A stretch of 36,584 nt of DNA. It comes from a virus. Its lineage: Duplodnaviria; Caudoviricetes. Within the stretch, counting starts at the first letter, position 1, and every line of letters begins with the position of its first letter. Shown here piece by piece: positions 15,913-25,658 of this stretch. The DNA is taken from the IMG/VR virus record IMGVR_UViG_3300036793_000279, positions 1-36,584 of that record. One strand, written 5' to 3'. The position numbers and the translations under genes are program-made. The notes under the pieces are model-generated. The model was not told where the DNA came from. It saw nothing but the letters and a program-made list of their open reading frames with translations, and made no database searches.

Positions 15913-16338
15913 GTGAGTAGAAGATACACATTATCACAGAATGATTTAAAGATGATTGAAAATAAATTGTTCATGTATAAAAGAATTGATAATGCTATTG
16001 CAGTGAGAAAACAAGAGCTCAAAATCAAAGAAAATCGTGATGAGAATTTTGGCGGTGGCCGTTCTAATAAAATTTCAAAGCCAGTTGAAGAGTTGGTTAT
16101 GAAATGGGATGCTGATCCACAAATACAAAATTTTAACAATTTCAGAAATTTAGTTGATGAGATGTTGACTGAACTTGATGATTTGAATCGTCTTATTTTC
16201 CATTATCGCTGGATTGACTCCAATAGATACACGTGGGAAGAGATTGCCGATAAGTGTAAGTTGACTGAGAGACAAATTTATCGCAAAAGAAGGGCCATTT
16301 TGGAACTTTATGACGATAAAACGGGAGGTTTTTGGTAA
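15913..16338 (+). CDS. ArpU/RinA-like late transcriptional activator, 141 aa
   Basis: GGGRSNKISKPVE motif, C-terminal HTH TWEEIA...RQIYRKR; last gene before packaging module. Confidence 0.85.
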   Translation: MSRRYTLSQNDLKMIENKLFMYKRIDNAIAVRKQELKIKENRDENFGGGRSNKISKPVEELVMKWDADPQIQNFNNFRNLVDEMLTELDDLNRLIFHYRWIDSNRYTWEEIADKCKLTERQIYRKRRAILELYDDKTGGFW

Positions 16339-16339
16339 A

Positions 16340-16402
16340 AAATGCTCAAATGTCATGTTTAGGGTATAGAACCTGACATGCAAAAAGTGTTTTAATAATA
16401 TC
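16340..16402 (+). promoter_or_regulatory. Putative activator-dependent late promoter
   Basis: TGTCA...TGACA inverted repeat right after the activator stop, AT-rich -10-like element, no consensus -35. Confidence 0.55.
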
Positions 16403-16522
16403 ATGAAAGTTTTATATAAAAGCTTAAATATTTGAAAAAGTACGGTTGCGGTGCTGACATGCTGCTTTCGGAAATTGTAACGATCAAATATTTAAGAATT
16501 AATATAAAAATGGATTCCACAT

Positions 16523-16557
16523 AAAGCTAGTAGATTATTCTACTAGCTTTTATTTTT
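16523..16557 (+). terminator. Intrinsic terminator in the late leader
   Basis: aaagctagtaga-ttat-tctactagcttt followed by tattttt. Confidence 0.75.
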
Positions 16558-16568
16558 GGAGGATAATT

Positions 16569-18101
16569 ATGCAAATAGTAAATAAAAAAGTTGGTGACTT
16601 GATACCATATATCAACAATCCAAGAAATAATGACAATGCTGTAGATGCAGTCGCAAGTGCGATTAAAAATTTCGGATTTAAAGTCCCTATTGTAGTTGAC
16701 AGAAAAAATGAAATCATTAATGGCCACACTCGTTTAAAAGCTGCTCAAAAGTTAGGTCTTGAAGAAGTTCCAGTAATTGTTGCAGACGATCTATCAGAAG
16801 AAAAGGTCAAAGCGTTTCGTTTGGCTGATAATAAAGTCTCTGAGCTAGCAACATGGGACATGGAAGCTTTGTCAATGGAACTCAGCGAAATTTCTGATTT
16901 AGAATTGAACTTTGATATGTCTGAATTCGGATTTGAAGAACTCGAGGAAGAGCAAGAGGAAGAAATTCCAGATGCTGAAGAAGATGATTTCGACGGTGAG
17001 GTTCTTGAAGAAACTACAGTAAAAGCTGGCGATATTTATCAATTAGGGCGACACCGTTTATCATGTGGGGACAGCACTAACCAAGAACATATTAATCAAC
17101 TTTTGAATGGTGAGAAGGTAAATGTTGTCTACACTGATCCACCCTATGGAATGAAAAAAGAGAGTGATGGTGTTTTAAATGACAACCTTAATTATGACGA
17201 TCTTTTAGAGTTTAACAAGAAGTGGGTCCCAGTAACGTTTCAAGCTATGAAAGAAGTTGGGTCATGGTATTGTTGGGGAATTGATGAACCATTAATGGAT
17301 TTATATTCCAATATCTTACGTCCTATGAAATCTAAGAGTGAGATAACCTTTAGAAATCTTATAACATGGGACAAAGGTTCTGGACAAGGACAAAATTCAG
17401 CATTAACTCGTATGTATCCTACAGCAGACGAGAAATGTTTGTTTGTTATGAAAGGTACTCAAGGAGTTAACAATAATACAGATAGCTATTATGAACCATT
17501 TGATGCTGTAAGATTAAAACTTGTTGAAGCAGCCGAGCGTGTTGGATTGACTGCGAAAAAACTGAAGGAAATCACAGGCGTTGATATGTATTCTCACTGG
17601 TTTACAAAATCTCAATGGACTCTTATTCCTGAGAAACATTTAAAGAGCATTGCAGATTATTATGGTGATGAATGGACTCTTGAATTTGATGAACTTAAAA
17701 ACGGAAACAGGGATGTCAAGAATTCAGATGGGTATAAAAAAATAAAAGAACAGCACCAAAAATTAAGAGATGAATATTATAGTAAGCGGGCATATTTCGA
17801 TTGTACGCACGAGAATTTCAATAATGTGCTTCACTTCAATAGAACAAGCGCTAAAGAGCGTGAAAACACTGGCGGACATGCAACACCTAAACCGCTAGCT
17901 CTTGTTGGCCTTATGTTGAAATCATCAACTCGTCCAGATGATACAGTTCTTGATGTTTTTGGTGGTAGCGGATCAACGTTGATTGCATGTGAGCAACTTG
18001 GTCGCACTTGTTATATGAACGAACTCGATCCACGTTATGTTGATGTGATCATTCGACGTTGGGAACTGTTGACGGGACAAAAGGCCACTAAAATAAATTA
18101 A
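16569..18101 (+). CDS. ParB-like domain fused to N6/N4 DNA methyltransferase (beta order), 510 aa
   Basis: ParB: GF..PIVVD...IINGHTRL.AA; MTase: DPPY then HATPKP and DVFGGSGST. Confidence 0.88.
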   Translation: MQIVNKKVGDLIPYINNPRNNDNAVDAVASAIKNFGFKVPIVVDRKNEIINGHTRLKAAQKLGLEEVPVIVADDLSEEKVKAFRLADNKVSELATWDMEALSMELSEISDLELNFDMSEFGFEELEEEQEEEIPDAEEDDFDGEVLEETTVKAGDIYQLGRHRLSCGDSTNQEHINQLLNGEKVNVVYTDPPYGMKKESDGVLNDNLNYDDLLEFNKKWVPVTFQAMKEVGSWYCWGIDEPLMDLYSNILRPMKSKSEITFRNLITWDKGSGQGQNSALTRMYPTADEKCLFVMKGTQGVNNNTDSYYEPFDAVRLKLVEAAERVGLTAKKLKEITGVDMYSHWFTKSQWTLIPEKHLKSIADYYGDEWTLEFDELKNGNRDVKNSDGYKKIKEQHQKLRDEYYSKRAYFDCTHENFNNVLHFNRTSAKERENTGGHATPKPLALVGLMLKSSTRPDDTVLDVFGGSGSTLIACEQLGRTCYMNELDPRYVDVIIRRWELLTGQKATKIN

Positions 18102-18131
18102 GAAATTATATTAAAAGAATGGGGGTTATGA

Positions 18132-18623
18132 ATGGCAAAATCAAAATATGAAACGCATGTAAAACCTCACTTTGATGATATATTTTTCTGGCGTTCTCAT
18201 GATTGGGACTTGGTAGCTATTGCAGCAGAATTAGGAATTGCAAAGTCAACTTTTTTAAAATATAAAAAAGAGTATTCGGACTTGTCGGACCTATTAAAAA
18301 AGGCAGAAAAAGCAAAACCACGTTATATTGCTATTAAAGCTGAAGCAGCACTTCGAGATAAATTACAAGATCGTGAGGTTGAAGAGGTTCACCAGGAACA
18401 ATGGGTTGATAAAAATGGTGTGGTTTCAAAAAAACATATCAAGAAAGTAAAAAAATTAATACCAGCAGATACAACTGCAATTATTTTCGCTTTGAAAAAC
18501 ACAGATCCTAAGCGTTGGAATGATCGAAGTCAAGTTGAATTAACTGGAAATGTGAAAATGAATGATCCATTCCAAAACTTGACAGAAGAAGAACTCAGAA
18601 AGTTGGCAAGTAGAGATGGATAA
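18132..18623 (+). CDS. terS: Terminase small subunit, 163 aa
   Basis: N-terminal HTH, DTTAIIFALKN..P.RW motif; overlaps terL. Confidence 0.8.
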   Translation: MAKSKYETHVKPHFDDIFFWRSHDWDLVAIAAELGIAKSTFLKYKKEYSDLSDLLKKAEKAKPRYIAIKAEAALRDKLQDREVEEVHQEQWVDKNGVVSKKHIKKVKKLIPADTTAIIFALKNTDPKRWNDRSQVELTGNVKMNDPFQNLTEEELRKLASRDG

Positions 18624-20007
18624 GATTGCGCTAGGGGCTAAAATTGAGCTGGCTAAGCGCTTTTTCTTTGATTATTGTAATTTGATTATGCCTAGCTTTT
18701 ACAAGCGAGATAGGGCTTATTTGGTTTCTGTGTGTAATGAATTTCAATCATTTTTAAATGATGATGAACACGATGTATTAGTTTTAAATATGCCACCACG
18801 TCACGGAAAGTCTCTTTCGCTTGGCCGCTTTGTTGAATGGGTTTTGGGGAATGACCATACAAAGAAAATCATGACCGGATCATATAATGAAACCTTATCC
18901 ACAGTTTTTTCTAAAAATGTGCGTAACACTATTCAAGAAACTAAAGCAGATGTGAATAAGATTGTTTATTCAGATATATTTGATGCCAAAATAAAATTTG
19001 GTGATGGTGCAATGAACCTCTGGAGTTTGGAAGATGGTTATAACAACTATCTCGCAACTTCTCCAACGGGTACTGCGACAGGTTTCGGTGCTGATATTAT
19101 TATCATTGATGATGTTATCAAAAATGCTGAGGAGGCAAACAATGTAGCAGTCTTAGATAAGCACTGGGAATGGTTTGTTAATACCATGCTTTCACGCTTG
19201 GAATCAGGCGGTAAGATAATTATTAACATGACACGTTGGCACAGTGAAGACCTAGCAGGACGAGCTTTAAGAGAGTTACCTCAAAATGGTTATAGAGTGA
19301 AGCACGTTAATCTTAAAGCCTACAATGAACAAACAAACGAAATGCTCTGTGATGATGTGCTTACTTTGGAAGATTATAAACGTAAAGTAAAGACAATGGG
19401 CCCAGATATTGCAAGTGCCAACTACCAACAAGAACCAATTGATATTAAAGGTCGCTTGTATGGAGAGTTTAAAACTTATCAATCACGCTCAAATTACATT
19501 AAGATTTGGAATTACTGTGATACTGCAGACACTGGTAAAGACTATCTTTGCTCTATTGTATGGGGAGAAACCTCAGACGGCTTTGCGGATGTCCTAGATG
19601 TTGTTTACACACAAAAACCAATGGAGTACACTGAAAAAGCAGTAGCTCAACAGTTAATCACTCATAAAGTAAATGTATCAAGGATCGAGCGCAACAATGG
19701 TGGTCGGTCTTTTGCTCGTTCAGTACGAGAAAAGATACAAGGAAATGTAGCTTGTGCAGTAGAGGACTTCTATCAAGGAAATAACAAAGAAGCTCGCATT
19801 TATTCAAATAGCTATTGGATTGAGCAGCACGTACGTTTTCCAAGAGACTGGCGTACACGTTTTCCAGAATACTACCAAGCTATGACAACTTACCAAAAAG
19901 AAGGTAAAAACAAACATGATGATGCACCAGATGCAACAACGGGTATTGCTGAATCCATGAATGGTAAGCAAAAAGCCAAATTAAAATCATTTCAAGGAGG
20001 ATTATAG
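18616..20007 (+). CDS. terL: Terminase large subunit, 463 aa
   Basis: Walker A MPPRHGKS, Walker B IIIIDD, MTRW, nuclease HDDAPDA. Confidence 0.95.
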   Translation: MDKIALGAKIELAKRFFFDYCNLIMPSFYKRDRAYLVSVCNEFQSFLNDDEHDVLVLNMPPRHGKSLSLGRFVEWVLGNDHTKKIMTGSYNETLSTVFSKNVRNTIQETKADVNKIVYSDIFDAKIKFGDGAMNLWSLEDGYNNYLATSPTGTATGFGADIIIIDDVIKNAEEANNVAVLDKHWEWFVNTMLSRLESGGKIIINMTRWHSEDLAGRALRELPQNGYRVKHVNLKAYNEQTNEMLCDDVLTLEDYKRKVKTMGPDIASANYQQEPIDIKGRLYGEFKTYQSRSNYIKIWNYCDTADTGKDYLCSIVWGETSDGFADVLDVVYTQKPMEYTEKAVAQQLITHKVNVSRIERNNGGRSFARSVREKIQGNVACAVEDFYQGNNKEARIYSNSYWIEQHVRFPRDWRTRFPEYYQAMTTYQKEGKNKHDDAPDATTGIAESMNGKQKAKLKSFQGGL

Positions 20008-21357
20008 TTGGATATTAAACCAATTAAACTCATGACTTTTTCAAAAGATGGAGAAATTACTCCTGAGGTAGTGAAAAAGTTTATAGAAAAACACAAAGAA
20101 GAAATTGCACGCTATCAGTATTTAATCAACATGTATAAAGGCATTATGGATATCGCCACACAGGATCCTAAGGATAGTTGGAAGCCGGATAATCGGTTAG
20201 CTGTGAATTTTCCAAAATATATTGTAGATACTTTTACGGGTTACTTTAATGGGATACCCGTTAAGAAATCGCATAAAGATTCTAAAGTGTTAGAAAAGCT
20301 GCAGTCATTTGATAATTTAAATGACATGGAAGATGAAGAATCAGAACTTGCTAAGATGGCATGTATTTATGGCCGAGCTTTTGAGTTACTTTATCAAGAT
20401 GAAGCTACACAAACAAACGTTATTTATAACACTCCTGAAAATATGTTTATGGTCTATGATGACTCAATCAAAGAAGAGCCTTTGTTTGCAGTGAGATATG
20501 GTGTTGATGATGACGGCAAAATTCAAGGAGAAGTTTATACATTACTTGAGACGATTGAAATCAATGGGGAAGCTAGCGATTTAAGTTTTGGAGAAAGAAC
20601 TTACAATCCTTATCCAGAACTTCCCGTTGTTGAGTTTTATTTTAACGAAGAGAGAATGAGCGTCTTTGAATCTGTAATACCATTGGTTAACGCTTTTAAC
20701 AAAGCTATTAGTGAGAAAGCAAATGATGTAGACTATTTCAGTGATCAATACCTAGCATTTCTCGGTGCTGAAGTTGAGGGAGAAGATTTAAAAAATATTC
20801 GAAGCAATCGAGTCATTAATTACTATGCGCGAGATCCAGAGGGGAATAGTAAGGTTGATGTTAAGTTTCTTGAAAAGCCTGATAGTGATGCTCAAACAGA
20901 AAATTTATTAGATCGATTAGAAAAATTGGTTTTCCTTACAAGTATGGTTGCTAATATTTCTGATGAATCTTTTGGCTCATCAAGCGGTGTTGCATTGGCT
21001 TATAAGCTGCAAGCTATGAGTAACCTTGCTTTATCTTTTCAACGTAAATTTCAGTCTTCACTCAATAAGCGTTATAAATTATTTTGTAGTCTAACGACTA
21101 ATGAAGCTGGGAAAGACTCATGGAAAGATATTGAATACTCCTTTACACGTAACGAGCCTAAGGATATCAAAGAACAAGCTGAGACAGCAACACTTCTCAT
21201 GGGAGTGACAAGTGAAGAAACTGCTTTAAGTGTTTTATCTGTTGTTCCTGATGTTAAGACAGAAATAGAACGAATTAATAAAGAGAAAGCTGATAATCCA
21301 GCTTTTGATGTGGATAAAGCACAAGTTGATGATCCTAAAGACGAAGCAGAGGGGTAA
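20008..21357 (+). CDS. Portal protein, SPP1 gp6-like, 449 aa
   Basis: NFPKYIVD...GYF.G.P, SGVAL.YKL motifs; follows terL. Confidence 0.92.
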   Translation: MDIKPIKLMTFSKDGEITPEVVKKFIEKHKEEIARYQYLINMYKGIMDIATQDPKDSWKPDNRLAVNFPKYIVDTFTGYFNGIPVKKSHKDSKVLEKLQSFDNLNDMEDEESELAKMACIYGRAFELLYQDEATQTNVIYNTPENMFMVYDDSIKEEPLFAVRYGVDDDGKIQGEVYTLLETIEINGEASDLSFGERTYNPYPELPVVEFYFNEERMSVFESVIPLVNAFNKAISEKANDVDYFSDQYLAFLGAEVEGEDLKNIRSNRVINYYARDPEGNSKVDVKFLEKPDSDAQTENLLDRLEKLVFLTSMVANISDESFGSSSGVALAYKLQAMSNLALSFQRKFQSSLNKRYKLFCSLTTNEAGKDSWKDIEYSFTRNEPKDIKEQAETATLLMGVTSEETALSVLSVVPDVKTEIERINKEKADNPAFDVDKAQVDDPKDEAEG

Positions 21358-21360
21358 TCT

Positions 21361-22401
21361 ATGGACAGTTCAGAATACTGGAACAAACGTGAGAAAGCTT
21401 GGCAGCTCAAACAGATAGCTGATGATAGAAAACGCATGAAAGCAATCATGAATAAACTCTTTGAAGCCCAGGAAGCTATCCAGAAAGAAATCAATGCAAA
21501 TTGGGCAGCCTTTGCAGGCTCTGAAGGGATATCTGTAGATGAAGCCATGAAGCGTGCTGATAAAATGGATGTCAAATCCTTTGCCAAAAAGGCGAAAAAG
21601 TTGGTTAAAGACAAAGATTTTTCACACGCTGCAAATCACGCTTTGAAGCTTTATAACGTGACTATGCGGACGAACCGTTTAGAACTCTTAAAAGCAAATA
21701 TAGGTTTGGAATTAATAGATGTTTTTGACGAGTTAGAAAAGTATATGGGCACTCAGCTTTCAGAAGTCGCTTTAGCAGAATTTGAAAGACAAGCGGGAAT
21801 ACTTGGTTTAAGTGTTCCTAATGATGGCTATTCAAGTCTAATACAGGCCGTAATAGCGAGCGGATTTAAAGAAACTGTAGCGAGTTTTTCTAATAGCTTG
21901 TGGCAGTATCAATATGAACTAAAAGCAGACTTGGAAAAATTGCTTATTCGTGGAGTTACACAAGGAAAGAATCCAAAAGCCCTGGCAAGTGAACTGCGTA
22001 AGTATATGACTGAAAAAGGTAGAGCAAACGCAACCTACAATGCACAGCGCCTGATGATTACGGAAACAACACGTGTTCAAACAGCAATTCAAAAACAAAG
22101 TTACAATGAGGCGGAGATAGAACAATATAAATTTATCGCCGAGCCTAACGCTTGTCGGATTTGTTCGCCTCTTCGTGACAAAATTTTTAATGTTAAAGAT
22201 ATGTTGCCCGGAGAAAATGCACCTAACATGCATCCTAACTGTAAATGTTCAACGGTTCCTTATGTTGATGAAGTTGCTTTTTGGGCTGATTTACGCAAGC
22301 GCGGGGTAATCAGTCAACGGGAATACGAAGAAGCCTTTGAAGACAAAGCGGAGCTTGACAGAGCAATTGAAGAAATAAGAACAAAACGTAAAAATAAATA
22401 G
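21361..22401 (+). CDS. Minor head protein, SPP1 gp7/Mu gpF-like, 346 aa
   Basis: EYW..RE start, RL..TET, C..C...PNMHPNCKC. Confidence 0.88.
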   Translation: MDSSEYWNKREKAWQLKQIADDRKRMKAIMNKLFEAQEAIQKEINANWAAFAGSEGISVDEAMKRADKMDVKSFAKKAKKLVKDKDFSHAANHALKLYNVTMRTNRLELLKANIGLELIDVFDELEKYMGTQLSEVALAEFERQAGILGLSVPNDGYSSLIQAVIASGFKETVASFSNSLWQYQYELKADLEKLLIRGVTQGKNPKALASELRKYMTEKGRANATYNAQRLMITETTRVQTAIQKQSYNEAEIEQYKFIAEPNACRICSPLRDKIFNVKDMLPGENAPNMHPNCKCSTVPYVDEVAFWADLRKRGVISQREYEEAFEDKAELDRAIEEIRTKRKNK

Positions 22402-22430
22402 CATTTGTCATTGACGAGTGCTTTTCTTTT
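22400..22430 (+). terminator. Intrinsic terminator after minor head gene
   Basis: agcatttgtc-att-gacgagtgct then tttctttt. Confidence 0.6.
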
Positions 22431-22517
22431 GTCCGTTTCCGATTGTAGTGGACGTTAAATAAAACACGAGTAAAATCAGACTCCCAAGTCTTTAAATGCG
22501 AGTAGGAGGAACCAGAA

Positions 22518-23147
22518 ATGGAACAAAAAACACTTTTACCACTTGATTTACAACTTTTCGCTGATGATCCCCAAGGAGCGGCAGGGACGCCTGAACCACA
22601 ACCAAGCGGAGAACCAGAACCAGCTGGAGGCGATAATCCAAAAGATAATCCCGATCCAGGCAATGAAAAAGAACCAGTAGACCCAGAAAAAGTCATTGAA
22701 AAACTTCAAAAGCGTATTGGTAAAGAACAAGCTGATAAAAATGAAACAAAAACACAACTTGAGCAAGCCTTGGCACGAATTGAAGAATTGGAAAAAGGTG
22801 GCAAAAAGTCGATTAAAGAAAAATCTGACGAAGAAAAAGCCGCAGACCTCCAAAAAGAAAAAGATGACGAAATTGCAGCCTTAAAAGCACAAATCAAGCT
22901 TTCTAATATTACTAGTGAAGCTGACGAAGTATTAAAAGAAAGCGGAATTGCTCTTAAAGCTGAAGAACTTGCTCTATTGGTTGATGTTGATGAAGAAAAG
23001 ACTTATAGCAATGTAAAAACATTCTTGGGCTTGCTTGAAAATCAACGTATTCAATGGGAAAAAGAACGAAACACTGGAGTAACACCTAAAAAGGTGCCAG
23101 GACAACAAGAAGTGGATGCTTTTAAACAAGCAGTCGCAAAATATTAA
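22518..23147 (+). CDS. Capsid scaffolding protein (DUF4355-like), 209 aa
   Basis: LDLQLFA N-terminal motif, P/E/D-rich linker, coiled coil; precedes MCP. Confidence 0.85.
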   Translation: MEQKTLLPLDLQLFADDPQGAAGTPEPQPSGEPEPAGGDNPKDNPDPGNEKEPVDPEKVIEKLQKRIGKEQADKNETKTQLEQALARIEELEKGGKKSIKEKSDEEKAADLQKEKDDEIAALKAQIKLSNITSEADEVLKESGIALKAEELALLVDVDEEKTYSNVKTFLGLLENQRIQWEKERNTGVTPKKVPGQQEVDAFKQAVAKY

Positions 23148-23166
23148 TAATTAGGAGAAAAAAATT

Positions 23167-24033
23167 ATGGCAATTAAACTTTTTACAAAACAATTTACTG
23201 GTGTTCTACCAGACCTTTTCGCAAAGAAAACAGCTTTCCTTCGAGCATTTGGTGGTGCGTTACAAGTAAAAGATGGTATCTCTCAAAGTGATACTTTCTT
23301 GGAATTGAAAACGAGCGATACTGATGTGGTTATTCAAGAATATTCAACTGACGAAAATACAGGGTTTGGAACAGGGACAGGCTCTACTTCACGTTTCGGA
23401 GAACGTAAAGAAGTTAAATCTGTAAATACTTCTGTGAATTATGAAAAACCTTTGGCAATCAATGAAGGTATTGATGATTTCACAGTAAACGATATTAAAG
23501 ACCAAGTTGTTGCAGATCGTTTGGCACTTCACGGTGTAGCGTGGGCCCAATATGTTGATACATTACTTGGAAAAGCTCTTTCAGAAAATGCAAGTGAAAA
23601 TCTTGAAGTTACTTTAGATGAAGCTTCAGTGACTAAGCTCTTCTCTGATGCTCACAAGAAATTTGTAAATAACAACGTATCGAATGCTGTCGCTTGGGTC
23701 GCCTATGTTAATGCAGATGTTTATGATCTCCTTATTGATTCTAAGCTTGCTACAACCGCTAAAAATTCAAGTGCAAATGTGGATGAACAAACACTTTACA
23801 AATTTAAAGGATTTATTCTTGTAGAGCTTCCAGACGAAAAATTCCAAACGGATGAAGTAGCATATTTTGCAGCAGATAATGTAGGTGTTGCGGGGGTAGG
23901 TATTCAAATTGCTCGTGCAATGGATTCAGAAGACTTTGCGGGTGTTGCGCTTCAAGCTGCGGCTAAGTACGGCAAACATTTACCAGAAAAGAATAAGAAA
24001 GCGATCCTTAAAGCAACAGTAAAAAAAGCGTAG
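23167..24033 (+). CDS. Major capsid protein, 288 aa
   Basis: Position, AGGAG RBS, FGTGTGSTSRFG.R.E motif of TP901-1-like capsids. Confidence 0.88.
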   Translation: MAIKLFTKQFTGVLPDLFAKKTAFLRAFGGALQVKDGISQSDTFLELKTSDTDVVIQEYSTDENTGFGTGTGSTSRFGERKEVKSVNTSVNYEKPLAINEGIDDFTVNDIKDQVVADRLALHGVAWAQYVDTLLGKALSENASENLEVTLDEASVTKLFSDAHKKFVNNNVSNAVAWVAYVNADVYDLLIDSKLATTAKNSSANVDEQTLYKFKGFILVELPDEKFQTDEVAYFAADNVGVAGVGIQIARAMDSEDFAGVALQAAAKYGKHLPEKNKKAILKATVKKA

Positions 24034-24290
24034 CCCCTACGGGTGTAACGTTGAATAAAACAACGTTATCACTCACAGTTGGGGCAAGCGAAACGTTAAC
24101 AGCAACAGTAACACCAGAAAATGCAGAAGATAAGACGGTAACCTTTACTTCTAGTGATCCTACAATTGCTACAGTTACACCGAAACAAGGAAGTGTAGTT
24201 GGTAAAGCTGAAGGAACGACAACAATTATAGGGACTACCTCTAACGGATTGACCGTCACTTGTGATGTCACAGTAACTCCTGCAGGATAG
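24027..24290 (+). CDS. Ig-like (Big_2) domain, probably appended to MCP by -1 frameshift
   Basis: PTGVTLNKTTLSL.VG..ETLTATVTPENA...FTSSDP.IATV; open in the -1 frame from A-AAA-AAA at 24021-24027; no RBS of its own. Confidence 0.8.
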   Translation, partial: SVAPTGVTLNKTTLSLTVGASETLTATVTPENAEDKTVTFTSSDPTIATVTPKQGSVVGKAEGTTTIIGTTSNGLTVTCDVTVTPAG

Positions 24291-24300
24291 GGAGGTGCAT

Positions 24301-24633
24301 ATGTCATTAACCGAGGATATAAAAAGCCTTCTAAGTGGAACACCAGATGAACGTTTAGAGGTTATTGAAAAAAGAACTCGAGAACGACTACTTGTTATCA
24401 TTGGCTCCAGTATAAAAGAGGTGCCTCAAGAGCTTGATTATATTGTCATGGATGTTGTCTTAAAACGATTCAATAGAATTGGTCAAGAGGGGATGCAGTC
24501 TTACTCACAAGAGGGACTAAGTATGACATTTGCAGAATCTGACTTTGATGAATATGCCAACGAGATTGAAGCATGGCAAAAATCAAAAGAAGAGGAAAAT
24601 AATAAGAAGATTGGGAGGTTTAGACTTTATTGA
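24301..24633 (+). CDS. Head-tail connector (SPP1 gp15-like), 110 aa
   Basis: RFNRIG.EGM.S.SQEG.S.TF motif; GGGAGG RBS favours ATG 24301. Confidence 0.85.
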   Translation: MSLTEDIKSLLSGTPDERLEVIEKRTRERLLVIIGSSIKEVPQELDYIVMDVVLKRFNRIGQEGMQSYSQEGLSMTFAESDFDEYANEIEAWQKSKEEENNKKIGRFRLY

Positions 24634-24941
24634 GATACCTAGATAAAGTGGATTTTGTTAAGAAGTCGGCTGATGAAGGGTATGATCCTGTAAAGGGAGA
24701 ATATGTAGAAGGAGAACCGACTATAATAACAACTTATGCAAATGTGACTGATATTGGCACAGAACGCAGTGTTAAAGTTTTTGGGGATATTAAGCAAGGG
24801 GCAAAAGTCATGAGGACTATGCCCTTATTTGTTATTCCTGATTATGACTACCTTTCATTTGGTGGCAAAAAGTGGGGGTTAACTACTTCTCGTAATCCAA
24901 GTGAGCGTAACACGTTTATCTTGCAGGAGGTAGCTGAATGA
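24630..24941 (+). CDS. Head closure/stopper protein, 103 aa
   Basis: MRY..., YDP..GEY motif; synteny. Confidence 0.75.
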   Translation: MRYLDKVDFVKKSADEGYDPVKGEYVEGEPTIITTYANVTDIGTERSVKVFGDIKQGAKVMRTMPLFVIPDYDYLSFGGKKWGLTTSRNPSERNTFILQEVAE

Positions 24942-25264
24942 AAGTTGTAGGATTTGACGAGTTGCAAAAGAAGTTGCGTAAAAATGTGAAATTAGCAGAT
25001 GTCAAAAAGATAGTTGCTATTAATGGTTCACAGCTTACGGAAAACTCTCAAAAGCTTGCGCCAGTTGATACGGGTAATTTGAAGCGCAGCATTACAATGC
25101 TCACAAAGGACAATGGTATGACATCACGTACTAAGGCACACGTAGATTATGCAGCTTATGTTGAGTATGGTACTCGTTTTCAAGGGAAGCAACCTTATAT
25201 GAAACCAGCTTACAGTAAGCAAAAAGTCAAGTTTATAAAAGACTTAGAAAGGTTGATGAAATGA
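24938..25264 (+). CDS. HK97 gp10-like tail component, 108 aa
   Basis: APVDTGNLKRSI, YAAYVEYGTR...QPYMKPA. Confidence 0.88.
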   Translation: MKVVGFDELQKKLRKNVKLADVKKIVAINGSQLTENSQKLAPVDTGNLKRSITMLTKDNGMTSRTKAHVDYAAYVEYGTRFQGKQPYMKPAYSKQKVKFIKDLERLMK

Positions 25265-25650
25265 GTAAAACGAGAGAAAATGCTCTCTTTGATGAATTGA
25301 TGATTCGACTTAAGACTCTTGGTTATACGGTTTATGATTATAAGCAATTGGATGATGTTCCATACCCGTTTTTTGAAATGGAAGATACTCAAACTATCTT
25401 TCAACCTAATAAGACGAATATTAAAGGGGCAGTGAATATTACCTTATCTGCCTGGGGGACTTACAAGCAACGTCGACAAGTTTCAGATATGGCAAGCATC
25501 GCTTTTGATGTAGCTTTAGCAATAAACAATACAGAGGGCTATTACTGGGCTCTTAACACGCAAGCGAGTACCATACAGGTACTAGATGACACGACGACTA
25601 ATACACCGCTAAAAAGAGCGTTGATTAGTCTAGAATTTAAATTAAGATAG
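25261..25650 (+). CDS. Tail terminator protein, 129 aa
   Basis: VYDY...DVPYPF motif; precedes MTP. Confidence 0.78.
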   Translation: MSKTRENALFDELMIRLKTLGYTVYDYKQLDDVPYPFFEMEDTQTIFQPNKTNIKGAVNITLSAWGTYKQRRQVSDMASIAFDVALAINNTEGYYWALNTQASTIQVLDDTTTNTPLKRALISLEFKLR

Positions 25651-25658
25651 GAGAAAAA

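Noticed and set aside
16405-16520. tRNA gene at the usual late-leader position
   Set aside because: No cloverleaf or TTCGA T-loop; only a long hairpin
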